A DNA stretch of 63,324 bases, filler included, from Chrysochromulina tobinii (lineage: Eukaryota): assembly GCA_001275005.1 (NCBI GenBank). It is 5 parts of 5 records of this genome, joined end to end, with 100 filler letters (N's around TTAATTAATTAA, not from the genome) between each part and the next. Parts side by side here need not be neighbours in the genome. Positions count along the whole stretch, not along the records: positions 23,277 to 40,787 come from JWZX01001041.1; positions 40,888 to 46,113 come from JWZX01001044.1; 3 more parts are not named here. The stretch is one strand, 5' to 3'. Made by a program: the position numbers and the translations under genes. The notes under the pieces were generated by a model. That model had not been told where the DNA came from. It ran no database searches and saw only the letters and a program-made list of their open reading frames with translations. This document shows, piece after piece, positions 33,993 to 44,989 of the stretch. Each line of letters begins with the position of its first letter. Positions within the stretch are counted from its first letter, which is position 1.

Positions 33993-35690
33993 ATGGGTGC
34001 TGCTGCACAGCCGCATCAGACGCCTCTCACTCCAGGCGTGTGGGCCTTTTTAGACTCGCCCGGATCCTATACGCCAGTGGCACTCTCGTCTACCAAGCTC
34101 GAGCGGCTCCGGGGACGCTTTGGGGATTTCCCCGAGGATACAATCCCGCCTGCAGTGATGGCGCCAAGCCATGCAGCTCCCGCACTACATGAGCGCAGTT
34201 CTCCTATCTGGGGGCCGCCAGATTCATCGCCGCCGCCAGCTGGAGCCGAGCCCCCAGCTGCAGAAGCTCAGCCCGTGATCACCCCGCTGAATCTGGCGCG
34301 CAGTTTGGCTCACCATGCGGCGACCGCTGCAGCACCTGTGGCTGCGCCTGCGGCGGCAGCACCAGCGAGCGGGAGCACCTGTAGCAGCAACAGCACCAGC
34401 ATCAGCAGCACCACCACCACCAGCAGCAGCAGCGTGAGCAACAGCAAAGCCGTGCTGCCCAAGGGCGCGTTCCCGACGATCTCGCCAGTGCCAGGCGCGT
34501 CGAAGCCGCTTGCGGACGCCGCGCTGCATCCGACGCTTCTCAAGCGCTGGGAGCCGCAGCACCGGCTGGGCGCGGGCGGGTATGGCGTCGTGGTGAGCGT
34601 GTGCGACAAGGCGTCCGGCGCGATGCTCGTCGTCAAGAAGATCTCGGACGCCTTCATCTGCGCAGCCGACGCGCAGCGCTGCTTTCGCGAGGTTGCGTTC
34701 CAGAAAGCGGCGAACCATCCAAACCTACTGCCGCTTCTCGCCGTGTCGGTCTCGGCAACGGACCTGTACCTGTTGTGCCCGCCGATGGCGATGGACCTGC
34801 AGGGCGCCTTGCGACACAACCTGCTGCCTCACGCGCGTCAGAAGCGCTGCGTACTCTATCAGCTCTCGTGCGCGCTCGCATACATGCATGCGAGCGGCGC
34901 GCTGCATCGTGACCTGAAGCCAGCGAATGTGCTGCTCGATCTTGACGGCCACCTGCGCCTGTGCGATTTTGGGCTGTGCCGGAGCACGCCGACCCCCGAC
35001 GAGGCCGCCCTCGCCACACCTCGCGCGCCGCTCGATGCGAGCAACGCGGCGGAGGTCGATGGCAGCCAGAGCGTGTCTGTAGGCTCGCGCTGGTACCGCG
35101 CGCCAGAGGTGCTGCTGGGCGCGAGCGTGTACGGCGCCTCGGCCGACATGTGGTCCTTCGGATGCATCGTCGCTGAGGTGCTCTCGGGGAAGACACTCCT
35201 CCTCGGCTCCTCCAGCCTTGGACAGCTGGCCAAGATCCTTGAGGTGACCGGTGGCCGGCCGGAAGCTGCTGAGCTCGCCGCGGATCTGAACTTGCCCGAG
35301 GAGCGCGCGCGCGCGGCGCTCGCGGCGCTGCCGATCACCCTTGCCCCGACGCGCCTGAGCAAGCTCTTGCCTCGTGTGCCTGCGGATGGCATCGATCTGG
35401 TGAACTCGTTGCTTCGGCGCCGCCCGACGGAGAGGGCGTCCTTCGACGCTGTGATTCGCCATTCGTATCTCGTGCCCTTCATCACAGAAGACGAGGGGCC
35501 TCGGCGCGCGTACGCGGCTGCGTCAGTGGGCACGGCCGATCGTTTCATCGCGCCGCTCGACGACCGCCGCCAGTTTGCTCCTCGCACATACCGCGAGTAT
35601 TTCGAGCAGCACCTCGCCGAGACACTCGAGGCGTACCATGAGGCGCCGCCGCCCGCAGCTGCCCCGTCGGAGGCGGACATGGGCTGCTGA
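33993..35690 (+). CDS. ERK7/MAPK15-like MAP kinase lacking the TxY motif
   Basis: GAGGYGVV, KKISDAF...DAQRCFRE, HRDLKPANVLL, CDFGL, RWYRAPEVLLG and C-terminal PLDD...YRE. Confidence 0.85.
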   Translation: MGAAAQPHQTPLTPGVWAFLDSPGSYTPVALSSTKLERLRGRFGDFPEDTIPPAVMAPSHAAPALHERSSPIWGPPDSSPPPAGAEPPAAEAQPVITPLNLARSLAHHAATAAAPVAAPAAAAPASGSTCSSNSTSISSTTTTSSSSVSNSKAVLPKGAFPTISPVPGASKPLADAALHPTLLKRWEPQHRLGAGGYGVVVSVCDKASGAMLVVKKISDAFICAADAQRCFREVAFQKAANHPNLLPLLAVSVSATDLYLLCPPMAMDLQGALRHNLLPHARQKRCVLYQLSCALAYMHASGALHRDLKPANVLLDLDGHLRLCDFGLCRSTPTPDEAALATPRAPLDASNAAEVDGSQSVSVGSRWYRAPEVLLGASVYGASADMWSFGCIVAEVLSGKTLLLGSSSLGQLAKILEVTGGRPEAAELAADLNLPEERARAALAALPITLAPTRLSKLLPRVPADGIDLVNSLLRRRPTERASFDAVIRHSYLVPFITEDEGPRRAYAAASVGTADRFIAPLDDRRQFAPRTYREYFEQHLAETLEAYHEAPPPAAAPSEADMGC

Positions 35691-36594
35691 GGCGCGGATG
35701 CGGCGCCGTGGTGAGCGACTCGTGGGTGGCGCCGTGGTGGGCGCGCTGTCGCCTCCTTGGGCGGGCGAGGGGCTACGGGCGAAGGAACGGAGAGTACAGA
35801 GTACGGGACTCGAGGACGGCTCTCGAGGGTACGTGGGGGCGGACCCCCTGTGGCGCGCCCGTTTCGCCCTGACCCAGCTCCCCAGGACGTGGGCGACGTG
35901 CTTCCTGAGGGAGTGAGTGCGGTCCAGAGTGAAGACGGTCCACATCGTGTGGCAGATGGGCGGGCGGCCTGTCTGGATCATGGATCTTGGATCTAAGCCA
36001 AGGGCGAACTGGGGAAGGCGAGGGCGCATTAAAAGGTACCAGTTGAGAGTTGTTTCAGAACCCCACTCCCCAGACGTCCACGAAGCCACGAAGCACGATA
36101 CGCCGCGCGACACGATGCCCGTGACGCGCGCAACCCACACCCGCGTGACCCGAGCGAGACGCACGACCGGCGGGCGGCGGGGCGGACGGATACAGTTACC
36201 GTACCGTCTACGGGTAGGGTACGTGATACATTACAGGTCGGGTCCGGTTCCGTCCACGTCTGCTCTCTCCGTTAGTCACGCGTCCTGAGGGAATGCCCTC
36301 TGCCGCTCGCAGAGACTGTTCGCGCGAAGCGCACTCAAATACACCCGATTGAAGGTGCGGGCCGCGAAGCCAGCGGCGACCAGCTCCGCAGCTGGTTCAT
36401 GAGGTCCTTGGGCCTCGTTAGGCCTTGGCGCACGGCTGGACTCGAACGCACAGTGCACGATCGTTCGCACACCCGCACCGCAGCACCCCCGCGGGGCGTC
36501 CAAAGCCAAATAGCCCCGCGCCTCCCGTCGCCGCCGCCCTCGGCGCTCCTCTCCCCGCCGCCAAGGCTTGCCTGACGTGCCCATCTCGGCGCCT

Positions 36595-38436
36595 TCACCA
36601 CGTGGGCTGTGCCATCAGGTCGGTCACCTGGCGCAGGTTGCCCGTGCGCTGGAGCCAGTCGCGGAAGCCTGCGTGCAGCGTCGCCTGCACCTCGGAGCGC
36701 ACGGCCTCCGAGCAGCGCAGTGCGGCGATTTCGTCACGGAAACGGAGCATCCGCGTCACGTGGCCGACGAGCGCGTCCGCATACTCTGTGGGCAATTCGC
36801 ACACGGGTGCCGCGCCTTCGCCCTGCGCCGCCGTGTGGGGAATGTCCATCGGCACGTGAAATGGCAGGAAGCGCGCGGGCGGCAGCAAGGCGCACGCTGG
36901 CTCCGCCATGCTTTCGCCATGCTTCTCGCCATGCTTCTCGCCATGCTCGGCGGCGGCGGTACCGAGGGCGAGTGGACCAGTCGACGAGACAGGCGTGTCC
37001 CAAAAATTGGCATGCAGCTGGGGAAGGACGCGGGCGGCAGCCATGTGGCGCGGCAACCCGTCGTAGATGGTGCCGAACGGCGCGAGGTGCACGCGGTGGT
37101 TCTCACCCATGAGCAGGGGCGGGCTATTGACGCACAGCTGGAAGGTGCAGTTCGTGCAGCTGGAGAGGCGCAGCGCTTGGCATGTCGCCACGAGCTTCAT
37201 GTTCGCGCAGTGCGACACGGTGACCACGCGGCTCGCGGCGCCCACCACGACGGTGCAGCCGGTACAGCCGAGCAGCTCCACGCCACGCACGGGCGCGAGC
37301 GCGTAGACGTAGCAGCTGTGGCAGTCGATCAGCTGTAGCGCCCCGCCCCCTAACTCAGCTTCACGCAGCACGAGGGTCCGCCGTTTGGAGGCGTGAAGGC
37401 GAAGCACGCTGCCCGCCGGGCCCGCCTCGGCCGCCTCGGGCGCCGCGCCGAGAGTGCCGCTCACGGCGGGCTGCTCGTGCTCGTTGTCGTCCGGGGTGAG
37501 GACGGCCGGGCGCGCCGGGAGCACCGCGGGGGTGCACGCAGGTTGCCCGAGAAAGTCCATATTTGAAAGGCTGCCCGCCACCGCCGACGCACTGACGGAA
37601 GGGGTGAGCGGCGTGGGCGGCGGCGGCGCGAGCGGCGAGCGCGAGGGCGGCGCGGCCGCCGCCTCGGCTGCCGGCGAGGCGGGGCGCACCTCGACGAGGG
37701 CGCCTCGCATTGCGGGCAGCACCGTGCCCATTGTCGGCAGCGCCGCGCTTGGGTGCGTCGACCATATGCCAAGCGCCCCGGAGACTGAGTCCGCGCGCTG
37801 GCCCCGCGAGGCGAGGCGCGCGGCGGCGGTGCGATCGGGGCGCATCAACAGGCCCAGACGGTCGAGCTCGCTCGCGTAGACCCGCTCAGCTCCCGCGGCC
37901 ACAAGCTGCAGCAGGGTCGGCAAGCTCCCTTGAAGCATCTTGCGCCGTCGCCGCATCGCCTGCATCGACTGCAGGCGCGACTGCACGGCGAGCGCGCGCG
38001 CGTTCGGGTGCGCGCCACCGTCGGCGGATCCATTCGGCTGCTGCAGCTTCGACGGCCATACCTCGCCGCTCGCGGCCTGCGACCGTGACAGATTGGTCGC
38101 GTTCTCACCCAGCTCGTGCTGTGCCCACTGAACCCAAAGCAGCAGCAGCATCGAGCCGAGCGGCACGCGAAGGGCCTCATCGGTCGGCATGTCGCGCTCG
38201 TCGCCGCGCGGCTGCGACAGCACGTGCGCGAAGCGCATGCATGCCGCCGCCTGCGACCGGCTCATGCTGAGGCCAGTCTCGGCGAGCACTGCCCAGGTGT
38301 CGAGATTGATGGGGAGGTCGGTCGACGCGGCCCGTGGCAGCTTCAGCACGTTCAGCAGCGAGCTCTCCGTAATCTTCGCGCCAGAGAAGTGCAGCAGGCC
38401 GTGCACCCACACCTCTGGCGAAGGCTCCAGCGCCAT
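36595..38436 (-). CDS. TBCCD1: TBCC domain-containing protein 1
   Basis: CARP/TBCC beta-helix (DCHSCYVYALAP...LAPFGTIY...NFWDTP), LLPPARFLPFHVP and FRDWLQRTGNLRQV. Confidence 0.9.
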   Translation of the reverse strand: MALEPSPEVWVHGLLHFSGAKITESSLLNVLKLPRAASTDLPINLDTWAVLAETGLSMSRSQAAACMRFAHVLSQPRGDERDMPTDEALRVPLGSMLLLLWVQWAQHELGENATNLSRSQAASGEVWPSKLQQPNGSADGGAHPNARALAVQSRLQSMQAMRRRRKMLQGSLPTLLQLVAAGAERVYASELDRLGLLMRPDRTAAARLASRGQRADSVSGALGIWSTHPSAALPTMGTVLPAMRGALVEVRPASPAAEAAAAPPSRSPLAPPPPTPLTPSVSASAVAGSLSNMDFLGQPACTPAVLPARPAVLTPDDNEHEQPAVSGTLGAAPEAAEAGPAGSVLRLHASKRRTLVLREAELGGGALQLIDCHSCYVYALAPVRGVELLGCTGCTVVVGAASRVVTVSHCANMKLVATCQALRLSSCTNCTFQLCVNSPPLLMGENHRVHLAPFGTIYDGLPRHMAAARVLPQLHANFWDTPVSSTGPLALGTAAAEHGEKHGEKHGESMAEPACALLPPARFLPFHVPMDIPHTAAQGEGAAPVCELPTEYADALVGHVTRMLRFRDEIAALRCSEAVRSEVQATLHAGFRDWLQRTGNLRQVTDLMAQPTW

Positions 38437-39143
38437 TGTGCGAAAATCCCGCGCTTCACGGATTGCGCCGCCTGCCGGTAAAAACCATCGAAGCCACAGC
38501 GGGCCGCGGGTAATTGCACAATTCGGGGAACTGGGGCAATGAGCTGGGGGTACCCCTGGGGTGGTAGGCCTTCATTTTCGATTTGAGGCTGAGGGGAAGC
38601 TCACACCCGACCGTCACGCGACGCACTGACAGTCGCGCTCACCGCTCTCGTCTGACGTCTCAGGCCCGGTCACCGTCGCGCTCGCTCGCCGGCAGTCGCA
38701 ATGGGCAGTCGCTCCACGACCTCCGTCCCGGCCGCCGTCCGTGCACCGCTGCACCCCGGACCCCCGGGCGCCCGGGGGCGCCGGCCGACAGACTCCATAC
38801 AGCACAGAGCATCACACACGCTACCCTGCATCTCACGTTGACTGATATAGTATATTACAGCGCGGCTGTTCATCTACTGTTCTTCTGCCACGCGGGCACG
38901 CATGTTCGTTGCGGAACGACACCTCTCGTAGACCAGGTACGGTATCCGAATAGGACGATTTGATTTGGCCATGCGGCTCTGAGGCTTGCGCTCTTCGCCC
39001 TCTCTCGGGAGCGCGCGGTCGACCAGCGGCCATTCTCGCTCGCGCCCTCGCCTATGCACATGCGCGGGCTGAGGCCGCTTCTCGCGGCCTCCGCCCGCGT
39101 AGGCTCGCCGTCGCACATGCTCAACAAGCCGCCCTGCTGTGTC

Positions 39144-40097
39144 TCACGTAGGCACCTGGCCGCAAGCAGGGATCGCGGGCGGCGGCGGCGGCATGAGCTC
39201 GGCCGGACTGCTGTTGCAACACTGTGCGGACTGCTGTTGCTGCTGCGAGTCGAGCGCCGAAGAGGCTGCCCAACACTCGGGCGCACCTACAGCCTTCGCC
39301 GCCTCGCCGCCTCGCTGCTGCAGCAAGTTGAACTGACGCTCCGTCTCCTCGACGAGCTCTCCGAGGGTCTCACAGCGGTAAAACGGCAACTCGACGAGCG
39401 CGCCAATGTACTCGTTTCGCAGCTGTACGCCCAGCTTTTTCTCGAACTTTTTGAGTATTTTGCTCACGGCCGTGAAGTTGAGCGCTACGAAGTGTTGGAG
39501 GAGCAGCAGCTGGAAGTTGAGCGTAACCAGCGAGTGCTGGCATGCGCAGCGAAACTGCGGCTGCGGCTTGCCCACGCACTGCGCGCACGACAAACGGGCA
39601 GGGTTAGGATGGCCGAGGAGCCGTGCGGCACGTGAGACAGTTGGCCAAGATACTGACTGCGGCACTCGCTGTACTGGCCGACGTCGCAGTGCAGGTTGGG
39701 GCGGCATCTAGAATCAGGTTGGGGGGTGGCGAGGCCATTCGGCGGTGGCAGCGGCGCACCAGCTGGTCGGTGTACTGGCCCAGCGCGTGCAGCAGGATCA
39801 CGGCGTCCTCGACGCGATCCATGTAGAAGGTATTGGCCTTCTCGACATAGGGGTCCAGCAGTGCGGTGAAGCCGGCAGCCACCTCCTCCGGCGGCCGTGA
39901 ACCTGCGTACGTGTGCGACGGCGATGCCGGTCAGTCGAGGCCTACCGCCGAAGTGAGTTGATTTTGATCACGCGCGCACCCTGGGCCTCCGCCTCTCGAT
40001 TGATCGCCTGCTTGAGCAGCTTGTAATCGACCATGTATTCGCTCCATTGAGGCAATCGGGCATCGACCGTGGCGCGTAGGATCTTGCCAAACTTCAT
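39144..40097 (-). CDS. SPX-domain protein (phosphate/inositol pyrophosphate sensor); join(40097..39980,39902..39760,39578..39144)
   Basis: MKFGK, YMVDYKLLKQAI, VEKANTFY and LNFTAVSKILKKFEKK; two GT-AG introns restore frame; exact C-terminus uncertain. Confidence 0.9.
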
Positions 40098-40428
40098 TTT
40101 GCTCCCGGTGGATGCTCTTCGTGGCGCACGTGCGGCGCGGTCTCCGCTCTGAGGACGCCCTCCGCTCAGGATTCGGGAAGATCCAGTTGGGCCGGATGAC
40201 TCTCCTCGTCGAAGCGACGAAATGCAATCTCCCCCGTTTTGACGTACAAATGACGAAAATGTTTTTCGATCAATCGGCAACAGGACACTGATTGCTTGAG
40301 TGTTCTGTTACATGTATCCGGATTCCGTGCCAACTCTCAGAACGCGCGAGCTGTTTCAACAATGACCAATGTTAGCTTGTTTCTAGTAATGCTTTCGTAT
40401 GGGGTGCCGGGCGGCCCGAAACAATGAG

Positions 40429-40546
40429 CAACATTCACGCCAAAAAAATGAATGTTGAATGGTGAATGCTGCATTCAACATTCACCATTCAACATTCAAC
40501 ATTCGATTCCCCCCCCCCGAATGTTCTTGTATGTTGAATGTTGAAT
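40429..40546. repeat. GAATGTT/AACATTC heptamer array with a perfect 20-bp inverted repeat
   Basis: TGAATGTTGAATGGTGAATG (40449-40468) and CATTCACCATTCAACATTCA (40479-40498) in AT-rich ORF-free DNA. Confidence 0.85.
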
Positions 40547-40787
40547 TTCGTTACATGTGAACATATGTGTCTTGTCTTGCAAGTTGTCTTGCACCGAGTG
40601 TAAATTGGTTGTCTTTTGTTTCAATTGTTTTGTTTCTTTGAGAGACGACTCGCACGTGGATCATGGTGCCAAGTAACAAGAAAAAACCAGATCCTACTCG
40701 TCATTCAGTTCCCAAACAGGTGTGGGGTTAGGGCCTTATAAACATGAAAAATAGTAGACCACTCCCCCTTGGGTCAACCATTCAGTT

Positions 40788-40887
40788 NNNNNNNNNNNNN
40801 NNNNNNNNNNNNNNNNNNNNNNNNNNNNNNNTTAATTAATTAANNNNNNNNNNNNNNNNNNNNNNNNNNNNNNNNNNNNNNNNNNNN
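40788..40887. other. Artificial contig-joining spacer
   Basis: N44-TTAATTAATTAA-N44. Confidence 0.99.
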
Positions 40888-42514
40888 GCCCGATGAGCAC
40901 ATTCTCCGGCTTCAGGTCGAGGTGGATGATCTTGTGCGCATGCACCGCCTCCATGCCGCGCGCGATGCCCGCGAGAAGCCGCACCATGGCCAAGGGCGTC
41001 TGGAACTGGTGGTTGTCGAGCGCGTCCTGCAGCGTGCCGTTTGGTGCATAGCTCATCAGGACCATCGGTGCCGGCTCGAAGCATGCGCCGTGCAGCTTGA
41101 TGACATTCGGATGGCGCACGCGCGACAGCGCGCGCACCTCTCGCCGGAGTGCCTGGTTGAACGAATCATGCAGGGACGTTGGGCTGAAGGCGTCCGGCGA
41201 AATCGGCTTGCCGCGGCTCCACTTGAGCGGCCGCGGCTGCTTGATGGCGACCTCCATCCCATGCCACCAGCCGCGCACCACGACCCCCTGCCCGCCCTCG
41301 CCAAGCTTCTCGAGGATCTTGATCTCGCTCGCGTCGAGCTCCCACGCCTTGAGGAGCTCCTGCGCCCGGGTCATGCGGTCCTTGGCACTGGAAGAATGAT
41401 CGAAGTGACCGCTCATCTTGATGCCAACGCCACCACTGCTACCTCCGCCGCCGCCGCTGCCGCTGCCGCTCGGGATGGAGGCTGCGCCTCCGCCCTCGGG
41501 TGGCTCTTGTTGAAGATGGTCGTCTGCGGTGACCGTGCTCACGGACACATTGCGGAGCCAGTGGTTGACATCTTTGCGCCGCCGCAGCTTGACTTGTCTG
41601 CGCCTCGTCCACCAGCCAACCATCGCCAGGCAGCACAGCACAACAATCGCCGCGGGCACGGCGATTGCAAGGATGCTGATGCCACCGCCACCGTCCAGCG
41701 CACCCGGCGGCCGTTGCGGGGGCGGCGAGGGCGAGGGCGAGGAAGGCGGCGGCAGAGGTGCGACGTTCGCAAGGATGGGCGGCGTGACGACCGCGAGCAC
41801 GGCGATCGAGACGCCGGTGACGCTCGCGAGCATGGCGGTCGCGCTGCTCGGGCTGCTCGTCGCGCTGGCCATCGCCGACTGCACCGAGGTCGCCATCGCC
41901 GGGGGCGTGAGGATGCGCACGCCGACGATGACGCTGCCTGATATGACCGTCACCATCACCGCCGATGGGTCGACGCCCGCCTGGGCCGCTATCGCACCCT
42001 TCATCTCGGTCCGCACGCTCGCGGTGAAGGAGGAGACGTCACCGGCGAGCCGGAGGGCGAAGTCGACGACGCGCATCGCTGGCGGCGAGGGCGGCGGAGA
42101 AGGCGGCGGTGAGGGCCGTGGCGAGGGCGGCGGCGGTGAGGGCGGCGGCGGCGAGGGCGAGGGCGGTGGGGGCGAGGGCGAGGGCGGCGAGGGCGGCGAT
42201 GGCAGAGGCAAAGGAGGCGGCGGCCGCGATGCCCCGCCGCCGAAGGGTGGCGGCGGTGACGGCGGCGGTGGGGAGGGCGATGGCGGAGGCGGTGAGGGCG
42301 GCGGCGGCGGTGAGGGCGATGGGGAGGGCGGTGGAGAGGGCGATGGCGGAGGCGGTGAGGGCGGCGGCGGTGAGGGCGGTGGCGGCGGTGAGGGCGATGG
42401 CGGTGGCGGCGACGGCGACAGGGGTGGAGGCGACGGGGACGGTGGCGGCGGCGAGGGTGAAGGTGGCGCACTGGGCGGCTGACAGAAGGACTGTCGCGCC
42501 ACCGCCTGGCACAT
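40888..42514 (-). CDS. Receptor-like TKL kinase: Ser-Pro-rich stalk, SEA-like domain, TM helix, non-RD kinase; 3'-truncated, 5' end uncertain
   Basis: SPPPP repeats; ILAIAVPAAIVVLCCLAMVGWW-RRR; WELDASEI, LGEGGQGVV, VAIK, REVRALSRVRHPNVI and IIHLDLKPENVL. Confidence 0.88.
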
Positions 42515-42627
42515 GCTCAGGCCGCTCTCAAGGCGGCGGAAATTAGAATGCAGCTCGCGTGCAGGCGACGATGCTGCCCAGGAAGGTGCAGGGATAGGCA
42601 AAGGAAACACGCCGACACTCGATTGCC

Positions 42628-44319
42628 CTATGCGAGTGCCGGCTGCCCAAAAAGCTGCTTGAGTTGTGAGCGGAGCGTTTCATCCTTGAGGCTTGCGGTG
42701 ACCTCTGCGTGCTTCTTGAGGTAGCTGCTCACCAGGTCGAGCACTTGGTCGGCAAGGAGCCGGGCGTCATCGGCAGAGTCGGCGATCTCGAGTGGCACCT
42801 CGGTGGCCATGCGCCGGCCGTTGCTTGGGCTGCACGCAATCTCACACTGATTGGCGACGGAGTTGAGGAAGGTGCCAGGGCCGAATGCCAGGGCAGTCTC
42901 GCACTGGTTGGTGATGGAGTTGTAAAAGGTGCCAGGGCCGCACGTCATGGGCGGCGGCGGCGGCGGCGGCGGCTGCCGCGGCGGCGAGGGCGGACGTGGT
43001 GGCGGCGAGGGCGACGGCGGCGGTGGGGAGGGCGAGGGCGGAGGCGGCGATGGCGATAGTCGTAAAGGTGGGACACCAAATGGCACTGGGGAACGCGGGG
43101 GCGGCGGAGGGGAGGGCGACGGCGGCGGCGGCGGGCACGGCTCAGGCGATGGCGGCGGCGATGAGGGCGGCGGTGGCGAGGGCGAGGGCGGCGGCGGTGA
43201 GGGCGAGGGTGGCGGCGGGCTGGGCGGCGGTGGTGAGGGAGGGCGCGACGGGGGGCGCGACGGTGGAGACGGAGGCCGAGGAGGAGCAGGTGGAGGTGAG
43301 GGCTCGGGTGGCAAGGGGGAGGGCGGAGGCGGAAGTTGCGGTGGGGGTGCCGGGCAAGCTGAGACTACGCCAATGAGGCCGGTGAGGATCATGTCGAAGG
43401 AGCATGCGGTGGCTCCTTCTCCGATCCAGACATTGTTGTTCCCATTGTTGTATATTTTGGATCTGATGAATGCGACTGTGCCTGAATTGACAGAGACGCC
43501 ATCGCCTCTGCTGAGGGCTGTGTTGGAGTAGATCTGGGAGTTCACGATTGACACTGTGCCTCCCACGACTGTGACACCACCGCCCGCCCATTGCCCCCCC
43601 CAATAATAATTATCTCCATAATAAGATGCTGCGTTCCCACTGATGGTGCACGAATCAATGGTCACTGAGCCACCCTGGACGAAGACACCGCCGCCAAATG
43701 CTCCATACCAATATCCGTTATATCCAGAAGAAGCTGTGTTGCCGGTGATCGAGGAAGACGTAATCGAGACTGTGCCGGAAGAGACGTAGACACCGCCGCC
43801 ATCTCCACATCCTTCAGAAGCGCAACATCTTCCACCGCAGGCTTGCCCCGGACTTTTACCTCCCGTGATGTTGAGCCCGATGAGTTGCACGACGCCGGAC
43901 GATCCCGGGTTGACGTTCAGCACACGGAAGAAGTTGCCACCTTTCAGCACAACTGAGGCTGCCACCATCGCCTCAATGACGACGCTCCTGGTGACTCTGA
44001 GCTCGCCACTGAGGAAGTAGGTGCCGGGAGCAAGGACCATGTGGCCAACGGCTGTGTTGGCGAGAGCACTGGTCAGGCCGGCGACGGTGCCCACGAACGT
44101 GGCCCCCATCGCTACCGGTGGAAACGGCGGCGACGGCGGAGGAGAAGGCGGCGGAGGAGAAGGAGAAGGTGGTGGTGGCGAGGGCGGTGGCTGGGCATGC
44201 TGCAGCTCACGGCGGTGGCTGGGCACGAGGGGCATTGGGGATGGCATCCGAACGGGTGGAGGCGGCGGAATCGGCGGTAGAGCAAGCGACATGAGTGGGA
44301 GCGTCATCGTCAGCGTCAT
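42628..44319 (-). CDS. Extracellular Pmp-like/pectin-lyase-fold beta-helix protein with extensin-like Pro tracts and Cys-rich CGPGT repeats
   Basis: GGGVYVSSGTVSITSSSITGNTA-type repeats, LAPGTY, RRELQ processing-like motif, TCGPGTFYNSITNQCE duplicated. Confidence 0.8.
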   Translation of the reverse strand: MTLTMTLPLMSLALPPIPPPPPVRMPSPMPLVPSHRRELQHAQPPPSPPPPSPSPPPPSPPPSPPFPPVAMGATFVGTVAGLTSALANTAVGHMVLAPGTYFLSGELRVTRSVVIEAMVAASVVLKGGNFFRVLNVNPGSSGVVQLIGLNITGGKSPGQACGGRCCASEGCGDGGGVYVSSGTVSITSSSITGNTASSGYNGYWYGAFGGGVFVQGGSVTIDSCTISGNAASYYGDNYYWGGQWAGGGVTVVGGTVSIVNSQIYSNTALSRGDGVSVNSGTVAFIRSKIYNNGNNNVWIGEGATACSFDMILTGLIGVVSACPAPPPQLPPPPSPLPPEPSPPPAPPRPPSPPSRPPSRPPSPPPPSPPPPSPSPPPPSPSPPPPSSPPPSPEPCPPPPPSPSPPPPPRSPVPFGVPPLRLSPSPPPPSPSPPPPSPSPPPRPPSPPRQPPPPPPPPMTCGPGTFYNSITNQCETALAFGPGTFLNSVANQCEIACSPSNGRRMATEVPLEIADSADDARLLADQVLDLVSSYLKKHAEVTASLKDETLRSQLKQLFGQPALA

Positions 44320-44716
44320 CGTGCGATTGGAAGTCGTCGCGGCTTCGCTCACGGGGGCCTCGACCAAGAACGGGGCGGGCGTCGCGGCGCGACGCACAAA
44401 AAACTCGTCTCCGACCAGCTCCGACAAAGGCCGGGAAACCCAGCCCCACCTTTCTAGGTGTGAATGGGGGCTCCCCTCCCCTGGGAAACGGAGAGGACGG
44501 GAGGGCCATGTCGTAGGCGTCATGCGTAGCGGCGAACTGGGCCGTAGCCGCTAGCCCGGCCGAGCGACGTCGTGTTATTTAGGCTGAATAGGCAAGCACA
44601 GACACAGATCACAGTGTCTTTGACGTGAAGGCACCACCAGAAAAATGGCATGCCCTGCCTAGCTGTATAGCCATTCACATGGAGAACGCCCCCAAACGAA
44701 ACGCGCACGGACCCCT

Positions 44717-44838
44717 GCGATCCCCATTCCGGGAGAACAACCCCTAAACACCCGTGCTGTACACACGAGTGTTCAGAGTACATACACGACGCTCAACAGC
44801 CCCGCACGCCTCCGACGCGATCCCCATTCCGGGAGAAC
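44717..44838. repeat. 22-bp direct repeat at 100-bp spacing
   Basis: GCGATCCCCATTCCGGGAGAAC at 44717-44738 and 44817-44838. Confidence 0.85.
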
Positions 44839-44989
44839 CCCAAACGCTCGGGAGCTCACGCATCCCACATGTGTGGCGACCAGAATCCACGTTCACACTC
44901 ACTTGGGCATTCCTTCTTGCCACTTACTCAGATCATAGTACGGCAGCAGATCAGTAGCGGACCCCCCTTGGCAGAGGGCGGTTCGTTGA

